Part shown: positions 16,105-25,914 of the stretch, one piece after another | How positions within the stretch are numbered: position 1 is the stretch's first letter | Layout: each line of letters opens with the position of its first letter | Assembly: GCA_964494045.1 (NCBI GenBank) | Contig: CAZBQM010000005.1 | Coordinates: 1 to 59,577 of the forward strand | Direction of reading: 5' to 3' | DNA length: 59,577 nucleotides | Source of the DNA: an uncultured Rikenellaceae bacterium | GTDB taxonomy: Bacteria > Bacteroidota > Bacteroidia > Bacteroidales > VadinHA17 | Translations under genes and position numbers: made by a program | Notes under the pieces: generated by a model | Database searches by the model: none | Seen by the model: the letters and a program-made list of their open reading frames with translations, nothing else | Told to the model about the DNA's origin: nothing

Positions 16105-18990
16105 ATGTCATCAGGAAATTTCGTTGACCGTCATATCGGTCCCGATGAGCATGATCTCAGTGTCATGCTTGAAACTATAGGAATCGGTTCTCTTGACGAA
16201 CTTATTGATAATACTGTTCCTGCGCCGATCAGGACAGGAAAATCCCTTAATCTCCCTCCGGCTATGAGTGAGTATGAATATCTGAATCATATCCGTAAGC
16301 TGGGAGCCAGGAATAAGATATTCAGGTCTTTCATAGGACAGGGTTACTATGGCGTGGCAACACTGCCGGTTGTTGTAAGGAATGTACTTGAGAATCCTTC
16401 ATGGTATACCTCATATACCCCTTACCAGGCTGAGATATCACAGGGAAGACTTGAAGCTTTGCTGAATTTCCAGACCATGGTGATGGAACTAACCGGAATG
16501 CAGATAGCCAATGCATCTTTGCTCGATGAGCCGACTGCTGCTGCAGAGGCCATGATAATGATGTACAATGCAAGGTCGAGAGAGGCTGTAAAAGCCGGAG
16601 TCAGGAAGTTCTTTGTCGACGAGGATATGTTTATGCAGACCCTCGATGTCATAACCACCAGGTCGCGACCCCTTGGCATTGAGCTTATAAGGGGAAAGTA
16701 TTCAGAAGCTGTCATTGATGGGAGTTATTTCGGGGCTATCGTTCAGTATCCTGCTGCTTCGGGCCAGATAAACAACTACAGATTCTTTGCTGACAAGGTA
16801 CATGCTGCAGGTGCCCTTATCGGTGTGGCTGCCGACCTGATGAGCCTGGCCATACTTACTCCTCCCGGAGAATGGGGCGCCGATATAGTTGTCGGATCGA
16901 GCCAGCGTTTCGGATTGCCGATGGGTTTCGGAGGACCTCATGCAGGTATCTTTGCCACCCGTGAAGAGCTGAAAAGGAACATGCCTGGCAGGATCATTGG
17001 TATTTCAGTCGATTCGCAGGGAAACAGCGCGTTAAGGATGGCTCTTCAGACAAGGGAACAGCACATCAAGAGGGAACGCGCAACCTCAAATATTTGTACA
17101 GCCCAGGCTTTACTTGCAATCATGTCGGGCATGTACGCCCAGTACCACGGTCCAGATGGCCTCCGGTGTATAGCCTCACATATAAGAAACTCCGCGTGCG
17201 CACTCGAAAAGTCACTTTCTGAGCTTGGATATGAGCAAAGGAACACTGCTTTCTTTGACACCCTTGATATCAGGATGCCTGCAGGTGTCAGCATTGAGAA
17301 GATACGTTCACTTGCTCTTGAGGCGGAGATCAATTTCTTTTATCCGGGCGGAGAGAGGTTACTTATAAGCCTGGATGAAATAACCACTCCCGGGGAGATT
17401 GAAATGATTTCTGCAGTGTTCGCAAGAGCAGCCGGAAAGGAACTTCCCGGCAGGCAATCGCTGCATGATAGTCAGCCTTTGCCGGAACGATTCATCAGGA
17501 AGTCGGATTTCCTTAAGGGCACTACCTTCAACAGGTATCACTGCGAAACCGAGATGATGAGATATATAAAACTTCTGGAAAGAAAGGATATATCATTGAC
17601 TCATAGTATGATATCGCTGGGATCGTGTACCATGAAACTCAATCCTGCCGCTTCGCTGTTTGCCCTGAGTTCACCTGAATTCGGCAATATACATCCTTTT
17701 GTGCCGGAATCACAGGCTCAGGGTTACTACCAGATGATAGATGAACTGGGAGAGGCCCTAAAGGAGATTACAGGTTTTTCTGCTGTATCGTTTCAGCCGA
17801 ATTCAGGGGCTGCAGGTGAGTATACCGGACTGCTGCTCATAAAAGAATATCATATAAACCGTGGTGAAGGCTACAGGAACGTGGTTCTCATTCCCTCGTC
17901 GGCTCATGGTACAAACCCGGCCAGTGCGGTAATGGCCGGGATGCAGGTTGTGGTCGTGGAATGCGACGACAGGGGAAATGTGAAAGTTGATGACCTGAGG
18001 AAAAAGGCAGAACACTACAGAGATACGCTTGCCGGCTTCATGATTACATACCCTTCCACCCATGGTGTTTTTGAAGCTTCAATAAGGGAGATGGCTGAAA
18101 TAATTCACAATAATGGAGGACTTGTGTATATGGATGGAGCCAATATGAATGCTCAGGTAGGGCTCACAAAGCCTGCGTTCATCGGGGCAGACGTATGTCA
18201 CCTTAATCTTCACAAGACCTTTGCCATACCTCATGGCGGGGGAGGACCGGGTGTGGGTCCTGTGCTTGCCAGCGAAAACCTGGCCGGCTTCCTTCCTTCA
18301 CATCCGCTGGTTAAAACAGGAGGCAGTCATGCTACCACCGCGGTGTCAGGTGCTCCCTTTGGCAGCGCTCATATTCTGACGATTTCGCATGCCTATGTGA
18401 TGATGATGGGTTCCGAAGGTCTTACCAGGGCCACCCGTTTTGCCATCCTTAATGCAAACTACATAGCAGCTGCACTGAAGGACTATTACAAGGTGCTTTA
18501 TACAGGCGAAAAAGGATTTGTGGCCCATGAGATGATTCTCGACTGCAGGAGTTTCAAGGCAACAGCCGGGATCACTGAATCCGACATAGCCAAACGTCTC
18601 ATGGATTACGGTTTCCACGCACCCACTCTTTCATTCCCGGTACATGGTACCCTTATGGTTGAGCCCACAGAGTCGGAGTCTTTGCATGAAATGAACAAAT
18701 TCATAGATGCAATGAAATCGATCTGGGGAGAGATACAGGAGATCATTGATGGCAAAGCTGACAGGGAAGATAATGTCCTCCACAATGCTCCGCATACGGT
18801 GCATGTTATTGCTGCCAACGAGTGGAACCATAAATATGACAGGCAGAAAGCCGCTTTCCCTCTTAAATGGATCGTGGAGAATAAATACTGGCCTCCGGTG
18901 AGCAGAATTGATGACGGTTATGGTGACAGGAATCTTGTCTGCACCTGCGATCCTATTGATTCGTACAGGTTCGAAACATTCAGGTTCTGA
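16105..18990 (+). CDS. gcvP: glycine dehydrogenase (glycine cleavage P protein, single chain)
   Basis: YTPYQAEISQGRLE, LGSCTMK, CHLNLHKTF..PHGGGGPG PLP site. Confidence 0.97.
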   Translation: MSSGNFVDRHIGPDEHDLSVMLETIGIGSLDELIDNTVPAPIRTGKSLNLPPAMSEYEYLNHIRKLGARNKIFRSFIGQGYYGVATLPVVVRNVLENPSWYTSYTPYQAEISQGRLEALLNFQTMVMELTGMQIANASLLDEPTAAAEAMIMMYNARSREAVKAGVRKFFVDEDMFMQTLDVITTRSRPLGIELIRGKYSEAVIDGSYFGAIVQYPAASGQINNYRFFADKVHAAGALIGVAADLMSLAILTPPGEWGADIVVGSSQRFGLPMGFGGPHAGIFATREELKRNMPGRIIGISVDSQGNSALRMALQTREQHIKRERATSNICTAQALLAIMSGMYAQYHGPDGLRCIASHIRNSACALEKSLSELGYEQRNTAFFDTLDIRMPAGVSIEKIRSLALEAEINFFYPGGERLLISLDEITTPGEIEMISAVFARAAGKELPGRQSLHDSQPLPERFIRKSDFLKGTTFNRYHCETEMMRYIKLLERKDISLTHSMISLGSCTMKLNPAASLFALSSPEFGNIHPFVPESQAQGYYQMIDELGEALKEITGFSAVSFQPNSGAAGEYTGLLLIKEYHINRGEGYRNVVLIPSSAHGTNPASAVMAGMQVVVVECDDRGNVKVDDLRKKAEHYRDTLAGFMITYPSTHGVFEASIREMAEIIHNNGGLVYMDGANMNAQVGLTKPAFIGADVCHLNLHKTFAIPHGGGGPGVGPVLASENLAGFLPSHPLVKTGGSHATTAVSGAPFGSAHILTISHAYVMMMGSEGLTRATRFAILNANYIAAALKDYYKVLYTGEKGFVAHEMILDCRSFKATAGITESDIAKRLMDYGFHAPTLSFPVHGTLMVEPTESESLHEMNKFIDAMKSIWGEIQEIIDGKADREDNVLHNAPHTVHVIAANEWNHKYDRQKAAFPLKWIVENKYWPPVSRIDDGYGDRNLVCTCDPIDSYRFETFRF

Positions 18991-19121
18991 CGTTTGCTCA
19001 GGTCTGATCTGTTGATGAGACTGATCATACAGGAGGGATATGCACTTTCTGAGAAATTTTTTTCTCTGGAAATATTTTGTCAATTTTATTGTCTGGAACA
19101 GACGGCTTAAAATATTTAACA

Positions 19122-20159
19122 ATGCGAAACTCAGCGTGGAACGATCTGAATACATTGATTGAAGGTGGTAAATTGAATTATCAGCCTGTGGGCTTTATAA
19201 TTGACAGCCCGTGGATACCCGGATGGTACGGAATATCGAAGGTTGATTACTATTCATCGGATGAGTTGTGGCTTAAGGCCAACCTGAAAGCCAACAGAAC
19301 CTTCCCGGACGTGTGGTTCCTGCCTTCTTTCTGGTCAGAATACGGAATGTGCACAGAGCCTTCCGCATTTGGTTCGCGGATGGTATTTCTTGAGGATTCG
19401 CTACCGCATGCTGACAGGATAATAAGTGATATCTCGGAAGTCGACAGGCTGCTCCAGCCAAATGTGAAAACCGACGGGATGTTACCCCTCATGATCAACA
19501 GGCTTAAGCTGAATGAAAAAGCCATAAAGGAAAGCGATCACCAGATACGTTTCGCCATAGCAAGAGGTCCCCTTAATATAGCCAGTTTCCTGATGGGAAC
19601 CACCGAGTTTATGATGGCTCTTGCCATCGATCCTGAAGGGGCTCACAAACTTCTTAAAAAGATCACTGACTTTATCTGCGACTGGTTGCAATGGCAGAAA
19701 GAATCGTTTCCCTCTATTGAAGGGATACTGATCCTTGACGATATTATCGGTTTTGTCGGTGAGAGTGATTTTACCGAGTACGTGGTTCCTTATTTTAAAA
19801 GGATATTCAACTCGACCGGGGCAAAAGCAAGGTTTCTTCATAATGACGCCGAAGGTCTTATTACTGCCGGGCACCTGACTGAGATGGGTGTGAATATGTT
19901 CAATTTCTCCTTCCAGCATTCGATGGGAGAGATAAGGGAACTGGCCGGAAAAGATGTCATCCTGGTGGGAAACATCCCGCCAAGGGATGTGATGGCTGCA
20001 GGAAGCCCTGATGATGTTAAGGCTGCTGTTGCTAAAGCATTTGCCGAAATTGACTGTTATGACAGGATCATATGGTCGGTCGGAGGAGGCATGTCTCCCG
20101 ATGTGACCGATCAGAATATGTTCGCTTTTTCAGATGCAGTAAGACAACATTCAAGATAA
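19122..20159 (+). CDS. uroporphyrinogen decarboxylase-like / MtaA-CmuA family protein
   Basis: GPLNIAS.LMG..EF and LVGNIPP segments typical of the URO-D fold; lacks the HemE MRQAGR motif. ATG at 19122 preferred over 19077. Confidence 0.75.
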   Translation: MRNSAWNDLNTLIEGGKLNYQPVGFIIDSPWIPGWYGISKVDYYSSDELWLKANLKANRTFPDVWFLPSFWSEYGMCTEPSAFGSRMVFLEDSLPHADRIISDISEVDRLLQPNVKTDGMLPLMINRLKLNEKAIKESDHQIRFAIARGPLNIASFLMGTTEFMMALAIDPEGAHKLLKKITDFICDWLQWQKESFPSIEGILILDDIIGFVGESDFTEYVVPYFKRIFNSTGAKARFLHNDAEGLITAGHLTEMGVNMFNFSFQHSMGEIRELAGKDVILVGNIPPRDVMAAGSPDDVKAAVAKAFAEIDCYDRIIWSVGGGMSPDVTDQNMFAFSDAVRQHSR

Positions 20160-20250
20160 ATCGAAGACCTTAATTAACAAACAATCAGATGTCTGTGGTC
20201 CCGCTTGGTGCCGCTTGTCTGATAGTGAATTAACTGAAAATATTTAAAAA

Positions 20251-21636
20251 ATGAAAAAACTGCTTCTTATGCTTCTCTCTGTTCCGGTTTTATGTTCATG
20301 CGGAACAGGTGGTTCTGAAAAGGAGTCGAAGGACCCGGGAACGGGTAGTATGGTTCAGCTTATCACTGTTGATCCAGGTCATTTCCATGCAGCCCTTGTA
20401 CAAAAGAAGATGTACGGACAGGTATCTCCCGATGTCTATGTCTATGCCCCTGAAGGACCTGATTATCTTCAGCATCTCGATAGGATAAAGTCGTATAACG
20501 GGAGACCTGATGATCCGACATCATGGAACGAGGTCGTTTATACCGGAGATGATTTCTTTGACAGGATGCTTGAAGAAAGAAAGGGAAATGTTGTTGTCCT
20601 TTCGGGCAACAACGGGAAAAAGGCAGAATACATAGCCAGGTCGGTCAATGCAGGACTTAATGTTCTGGCAGATAAACCAATGATTATTTCTCCGGATGAT
20701 TTCCCGACACTGAAAGAAGCTTTCAGGGTTGCCGGTGAGAAGGGGATACTCCTGTATGATATAATGACGGAGCGTTATGAGGTGACGACCATACTTCAGA
20801 AGCTGCTGTCGCAGAACAACGGCCTTTTCGGAACCCTTGTGCCGGGGAGTAAAGAAGACCCTGCCGTGACAAAACTGAGTGTTCACCATTTCTCGAAGAT
20901 AGTATCCGGTTCTCCTCTTCTTCGTCCAGCCTGGTTCTTTGATGTGAGTCAGCAGGGTGAAGGCATAGTCGACGTTACCACCCACCTTGTTGATCTGGTC
21001 CAGTGGGAATGTTTCCCCGAACAGGTTCTGAGTACCGATGACGTAAACCTGGTTTCTGCCAGGAGATGGCCGACTGTTATGACAAAGGAAGAGTTCAGCG
21101 GGGTGACGGGTTTTGATGAATATCCGGCTTACCTTGAAAAAGATGTAAAGGACGGGAACCTAAATGTCTTTGCCAACGGGGAGATTGTTTACCAGCTGAA
21201 AGGCGTATGGGCAAAAGTATCTGTTGAATGGAAGTATCAGGCTCCTGAAGGAACCGGGGACACACACTATTCAGTGATGCGTGGGACAAAATGTGATCTT
21301 TTGATAAGACAGGGAGCCGAAGAGAATTACCTGCCGACTCTGTATGTGGGCAATGTAAAAGGCATGGGTATGGATGAGTTCAGGGTTAAGCTTCAGGAAG
21401 CCCTTAAGGCTCTGCCTTACGACTCTCTTGAGATTGTTGAAGCAGGCCGCGATATGTTCAGGATTGTCATTCCTGACAAATACAGGGTGACGCATGAGGA
21501 ACACTTCGGACAGGTAACTGAGAAATTCCTGGATTATATGAAGCAGGGTTCACTTCCTGAATGGGAGACAGCCGGTATGATAACCAAATACTATACCACC
21601 ACAGGGGCCCTCAGGCTCGCCACAATGCAGAAATAA
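20251..21636 (+). CDS. putative oxidoreductase lipoprotein (Gfo/Idh/MocA-related, oxidoreductase C-terminal domain)
   Basis: Lipobox LCSC; DPGHFHAALVQK, LADKPM, DIMTERYE, DVTTHLVD motifs. Confidence 0.75.
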   Translation: MKKLLLMLLSVPVLCSCGTGGSEKESKDPGTGSMVQLITVDPGHFHAALVQKKMYGQVSPDVYVYAPEGPDYLQHLDRIKSYNGRPDDPTSWNEVVYTGDDFFDRMLEERKGNVVVLSGNNGKKAEYIARSVNAGLNVLADKPMIISPDDFPTLKEAFRVAGEKGILLYDIMTERYEVTTILQKLLSQNNGLFGTLVPGSKEDPAVTKLSVHHFSKIVSGSPLLRPAWFFDVSQQGEGIVDVTTHLVDLVQWECFPEQVLSTDDVNLVSARRWPTVMTKEEFSGVTGFDEYPAYLEKDVKDGNLNVFANGEIVYQLKGVWAKVSVEWKYQAPEGTGDTHYSVMRGTKCDLLIRQGAEENYLPTLYVGNVKGMGMDEFRVKLQEALKALPYDSLEIVEAGRDMFRIVIPDKYRVTHEEHFGQVTEKFLDYMKQGSLPEWETAGMITKYYTTTGALRLATMQK

Positions 21637-21648
21637 AACTGTTAGCTG

Positions 21649-22623
21649 TCAGGATACGAAAAGATCCTCGATAATAAGTGAATACAGTTGCGAAAGTTCT
21701 ATCGCTGCAGCCTTTGCCTGTTTGGGGACCAGACTTTCCCTGGTCATTCCCGGAACCGTGTTTATCTCGAGGAAAAAAGGCTTGTCGCCGACAACAATAA
21801 AGTCAACCCTTACTATGCCTTTGCACCCCAGTATGTTGTAAACCCTGGAGCTAAGGTCCTGTATCTCTGAAGTTATCTCTTGTGACATCTGTGCGGGAGT
21901 GATCTCCTGAGATTTCCCCGGAGTGTATTTTGCCTCATAGTCGAAGAACTCATTGCTGCTTATTATCTCAGTCACAGGCAGAACAATGGTTTTTCCACCC
22001 GCTTTGACAACCCCGCAGGCTACTTCACGTCCCTTCATGAACGATTCCACCATCACCTCATCACTCTCAAGAAAAGCTTTTTCAATAGCCGGTGATAGTT
22101 CTTCTTCGGTCTTCACCTTTGATACTCCGAAACTTGACCCGCTGTCGTTGGGTTTGACAAAACAGGGCAGGCCATACTTCTTAACAAGATGCGCGGCTTC
22201 ATACTCATCTCCTTTTCTCAGAAGACACGCTTCAGCCATCGGTATGCCATATTCGCGAAGATAAAGCTTTGAGGCCTGCTTGTTGAATGTAAGGGCTGAG
22301 CAGAATGCACTGCAGCTGGTATAAGGCATATGAAGCATATCGAAATATCCCTGGAGTAGACCATTCTCTCCGGGAGTGCCATGGATAGCAATGAAAACGG
22401 CATCAAACCTTATCCTTGAATCATCGATCCTCAGCGAGAAATCATTCTTGTCAACAGGATGACGTCTTCCCCTGTCATCTTCCCAGTACCAGTCAAAGCC
22501 GGTAATCATTATTATATAAACTTTATAAAGGGATGCCAGTTCCCTGCTTACCTCAAGCGCACTTTTCACTGAAACACCTGCTTCGGAAGAATCTCCGCCG
22601 GCTGCAATAGCAATTGTCCTCAT
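21649..22623 (-). CDS. ddl: D-alanine--D-alanine ligase
   Basis: GG.SSE..VS, HGTPGENG, VKPNDSGSSFG, DYEAKY, EINTVPG. Start moved to ATG 22623 because the track's TTG lies inside a promoter motif. Confidence 0.95.
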   Translation of the reverse strand: MRTIAIAAGGDSSEAGVSVKSALEVSRELASLYKVYIIMITGFDWYWEDDRGRRHPVDKNDFSLRIDDSRIRFDAVFIAIHGTPGENGLLQGYFDMLHMPYTSCSAFCSALTFNKQASKLYLREYGIPMAEACLLRKGDEYEAAHLVKKYGLPCFVKPNDSGSSFGVSKVKTEEELSPAIEKAFLESDEVMVESFMKGREVACGVVKAGGKTIVLPVTEIISSNEFFDYEAKYTPGKSQEITPAQMSQEITSEIQDLSSRVYNILGCKGIVRVDFIVVGDKPFFLEINTVPGMTRESLVPKQAKAAAIELSQLYSLIIEDLFVS

Positions 22624-22650
22624 CTGGGAATTTTGTTTTTCTGTTTCCTG

Positions 22651-22658
22651 CAAATTTA
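22651..22658 (-). promoter_or_regulatory. -7 promoter element for ddl
   Basis: TAAATTTG on the minus strand. Confidence 0.55.
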
Positions 22659-22933
22659 GGTCAAAGTAGTGCTTGGTGACTACTCAAACAGGGATAAAAT
22701 GAGCAACATTTTTAAAATTCCCGGGACCGGTATCTGACCTTAAGAAGGCTTTTGTTAAAATCATCTTTGAACATGTAGCAATTATTTGCGGTGTTATATT
22801 AACTTTGCTTAGACCGGAAAAAGCCGGATCACAGGCAACCCGGGGATGGTTTGACAATTCCCGGAAAGTGATCAACGGTTGTTTTTCTGATAAATGACAA
22901 GTTGACTTTCCTTTAACTTTAAATTATTTACTC

Positions 22934-23536
22934 ATGAAAAAAGGTTGTTTGATCTGGATCATTGCCGGTGGATTCCTGGCACTTTTTGTGTTAGTTGTAA
23001 TTCTCTGGGGTACAAGGGTGTATAATAATATGGTTACCCTTCAGGAAGGTGTTACAAGTCAATGGGGAAATGTTGAGACTCAGTATCAGAGAAGGGCCGA
23101 TCTTATTCCCAACTTTGTCAACACAGTCAAGGGAGCTGCTGCTTTTGAGCAGGAGACCCTGACTCAGGTTATTGAAGCAAGGGCAAAAGCCACCCAGGTG
23201 ACTTTGGATCCGACAAAGATGACAGCAGAGAATATGCAGCAGTTTCAGCAGGCCCAGGGAGAGTTGAGTTCAGCTCTTTCGAGACTGATGGTTGTTGTTG
23301 AGAAGTATCCTGAGCTTAAGGCAACTCAGAACTTCAGGGATCTTCAGGTTGAACTGGAGGGAACCGAGAACCGCATCTCGGTTGAGCGCAGGAAATTTAA
23401 TGATGTCGCCAGATCATTCAATACATACATAAGAAGGTTTCCACAGAACTTCCTCTCAGGGATGTTCGGCTTTGAAGCCAAACCTTATTTTGAATCGATG
23501 GAAGGAGCTGAAAAGGCTCCGGAAGTACAGTTCTGA
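22934..23536 (+). CDS. lemA: LemA family protein
   Basis: YQRRADLIPN, VEKYPELKA.QNF..LQ.ELEGTENRI motifs. Confidence 0.92.
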   Translation: MKKGCLIWIIAGGFLALFVLVVILWGTRVYNNMVTLQEGVTSQWGNVETQYQRRADLIPNFVNTVKGAAAFEQETLTQVIEARAKATQVTLDPTKMTAENMQQFQQAQGELSSALSRLMVVVEKYPELKATQNFRDLQVELEGTENRISVERRKFNDVARSFNTYIRRFPQNFLSGMFGFEAKPYFESMEGAEKAPEVQF

Positions 23537-23997
23537 TGAAAGGAGCGATGGAACCCAAAGCGTCTGATTTCTTTACCAAAGATGAGCGCGACAGGATACG
23601 TGATGCTGTCATTGCTGCTGAGTCACAGACATCCGGAGAAATAAGGATACATATCGAAAACTCCTTCGAGGGAGATGTGCTTGACAGGGCTTCATGGATC
23701 TTTACAAAAATCCGCATGCACAAAACCGAAAAAAGGAATGGTGTACTTTTCTATCTGGCCGTCAGCAGCAGGAAGTTTGCTGTTATCGGTGACTCAGGTA
23801 TAAACGAAGTCGTCGGGAATGATTTCTGGGATTCGGTAAAAGATCTTATGCAGGAGCGGTTCAGGCAGGGCAGATTCACGGATGGTCTGGTTGAAGCTGT
23901 TCATATGGCCGGCAAAAAACTGCAGGACCATTTTCCTTATACAAGGGATGACGTGAATGAACTGCCCGATGAGATTTCCTTTGACACACCTCAATAA
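23536..23997 (+). CDS. TPM domain protein (short)
   Basis: AE.QTSGEIR.HIE, RNGVLFYLA, NELPDEIS. Start may be 23548. Confidence 0.85.
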   Translation: MKGAMEPKASDFFTKDERDRIRDAVIAAESQTSGEIRIHIENSFEGDVLDRASWIFTKIRMHKTEKRNGVLFYLAVSSRKFAVIGDSGINEVVGNDFWDSVKDLMQERFRQGRFTDGLVEAVHMAGKKLQDHFPYTRDDVNELPDEISFDTPQ

Positions 23998-24007
23998 AGA
24001 ACTTAAA

Positions 24008-24829
24008 ATGAAGAAACGGCTGGTCCCGTCATTTATCCTGCTCCTGGTTTTCTCCCTGGTGTTTGCCGGTAAGAGCTTCTCCCAGGATTTTCCTGAAAAA
24101 CCCTATCCTCCCCGGCTGGTGAACGACTATGCCGGGATGCTTGGAGGGGATGAGGTGAATTCGCTTGAGAGAAAACTTGTGGCCTTTAATGACTCTTCCA
24201 CCGTTCAGATAGCAATTGTCATTGTTAACGACCTTCACGGATACCCGCCCGGAGATTATGCCCAGCGTCTTGCCGAACTGTGGGGAATAGGCCGTAAGGG
24301 ATCTGATAACGGGGTTCTGATCCTTGTAAAGGACAAGACCGCTGTCTCTCCCAAAGGAGAGGTCTTTATTACACCTGGTTACGGACTTGAGGGAGTAATA
24401 CCCGACATAGTATGTGCCCAGATAGTTGACAGGGAGATAGTCCCTTCTTTCAGTGAAGGAAGGTACTATGATGGTCTCGACAGGGCCACCGACATTTTGA
24501 TCTCGCTGGCCAGGGGTGAATTTCCGCCCGACCAGTACCTTAAGGGAAGAAAAAATGATGTAAAGGATGCTGCCGGGCCATTCATCTTTTTTGTTATTCT
24601 TCTGATCGTGGTCTCCTTCCTCAGGAGCGGTGGTGGGAAAAACCAGAGGCATATTAGCAAGTCCGGTTTACCATTATGGATGATTCTTTCTATGATGAAT
24701 TCAGGCCGCAGTTCACACAGCGGTAGCTGGGGAGGATTCTCCGGAGGCGGAGGATTCAGTGGGGGAGGTGGTTTCGGCGGCTTTGGCGGCGGAAGCTTTG
24801 GCGGCGGCGGAGCAGGTGGCAGCTGGTAA
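24008..24829 (+). CDS. TPM domain protein (YgcG-like) with Gly-rich tail
   Basis: LVNDYAG.L, WGIG.KG.DNGVLIL, GYGLEG.IPD, FGGGSFGGGGAGGSW. Confidence 0.88.
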   Translation: MKKRLVPSFILLLVFSLVFAGKSFSQDFPEKPYPPRLVNDYAGMLGGDEVNSLERKLVAFNDSSTVQIAIVIVNDLHGYPPGDYAQRLAELWGIGRKGSDNGVLILVKDKTAVSPKGEVFITPGYGLEGVIPDIVCAQIVDREIVPSFSEGRYYDGLDRATDILISLARGEFPPDQYLKGRKNDVKDAAGPFIFFVILLIVVSFLRSGGGKNQRHISKSGLPLWMILSMMNSGRSSHSGSWGGFSGGGGFSGGGGFGGFGGGSFGGGGAGGSW

Positions 24830-24881
24830 AAACACAGGATACTTCGGAGCCGGGTTCCCGGATCAGCAATACTTCAAATTT

Positions 24882-25907
24882 CTATCTTGAAGAAGTATAG
24901 GTTTTCCATTTTTCGATAAGCAGCGACATGGCGGCGGGCAGTTCTGAATCGAACGAAAGCCGTTTACCTGTAACCGGGTGATCAAAGGCCAGGGAACGGG
25001 CATGAAGAGCCTGCCCGGGCAGAATGTCAAAGCAGTTTTTAACAAACTGCTGGTATTTTGTAAACTTTGTTCCCCTGAGTATCTGATCGCCTCCATATTC
25101 ATGATCGTTGAAAAGAGGATGTTTGATATAGCTGAAGTGAACCCTGATCTGGTGTGTCCTTCCGGTTTCGAGTTTGCATTCCACGAGTGAAACATAGCCA
25201 ATATCCTCAATAACCCTGTAGTGAGTAACGGCAGTCTTTCCCTGGCTCCCGTCGGGGAAGACCTGCATTATCTTCCTGTCGCGGATGCTTCTTCCCACAT
25301 TTCCTGTCACCGTCCCTTCAGGAGGATCCGGGACGCCCCAGACCAAGGCTGTATACCTTCTGTCGGTAGTCCTGTCATAGAACTGTTTTGACAGACGGTT
25401 AAGGGCCAGCTCATTTTTTGCTACCACAAGTATTCCTGATGTATTCTTGTCTATACGGTGAACAAGTCCGGGACGCAGTTCTCCCGAGTTGAACAGGGGA
25501 AGATCTCGAAAATGCCACATGAGAGCATTTACCAGGGTTCCCCTGTAATTGCCGTAGGCAGGATGAACAACCATCCCGGCCTCCTTGTTGACGACAATAA
25601 CATCATCATCTTCATAGACGATCGAAATGGGGATGTCTTCGGGGATAAGCTCTATCTCACGCGGAGGATTTGGAAGAACAATCTGAATAAAATCTCCCGG
25701 CTTAACCTTGTAGTTTGGTTTTACAGTTTTCCCGTTCACAAGGATATTACCGGCACCTGCAGCATTCTGGATCCTGGTCCGTGATGTGTTCTCAAGTCTG
25801 TCGGTCAGAAATTTATCGATCCGGATCAATGACTGGCCCGGATCGGCGGTAAACCTGAAGTGTTCGTAAAGTTCCTGCTGGTCAGATAGTTCTTCTTCCT
25901 GTATCAC
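24882..25907 (-). CDS. rluD: RluA/RluD family pseudouridine synthase with S4 domain
   Basis: RIDKFL S4 start, VVNKEAGMVVHP, GLVHRIDKNTSG, LETGRTHQIRVH, QALHA. Confidence 0.92.
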   Translation of the reverse strand: MIQEEELSDQQELYEHFRFTADPGQSLIRIDKFLTDRLENTSRTRIQNAAGAGNILVNGKTVKPNYKVKPGDFIQIVLPNPPREIELIPEDIPISIVYEDDDVIVVNKEAGMVVHPAYGNYRGTLVNALMWHFRDLPLFNSGELRPGLVHRIDKNTSGILVVAKNELALNRLSKQFYDRTTDRRYTALVWGVPDPPEGTVTGNVGRSIRDRKIMQVFPDGSQGKTAVTHYRVIEDIGYVSLVECKLETGRTHQIRVHFSYIKHPLFNDHEYGGDQILRGTKFTKYQQFVKNCFDILPGQALHARSLAFDHPVTGKRLSFDSELPAAMSLLIEKWKTYTSSR

Positions 25908-25914
25908 CCGATTA

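Noticed and set aside
22684-22875. 63-aa ORF or structured RNA between ddl and lemA
   Set aside because: No family motif; several CCGG/CCCGGG words but no consistent long stem; most likely divergent promoter DNA.
24720-24829. GGC/GGA-rich repeat
   Set aside because: Encodes the normal Gly-rich tail of TPM proteins.
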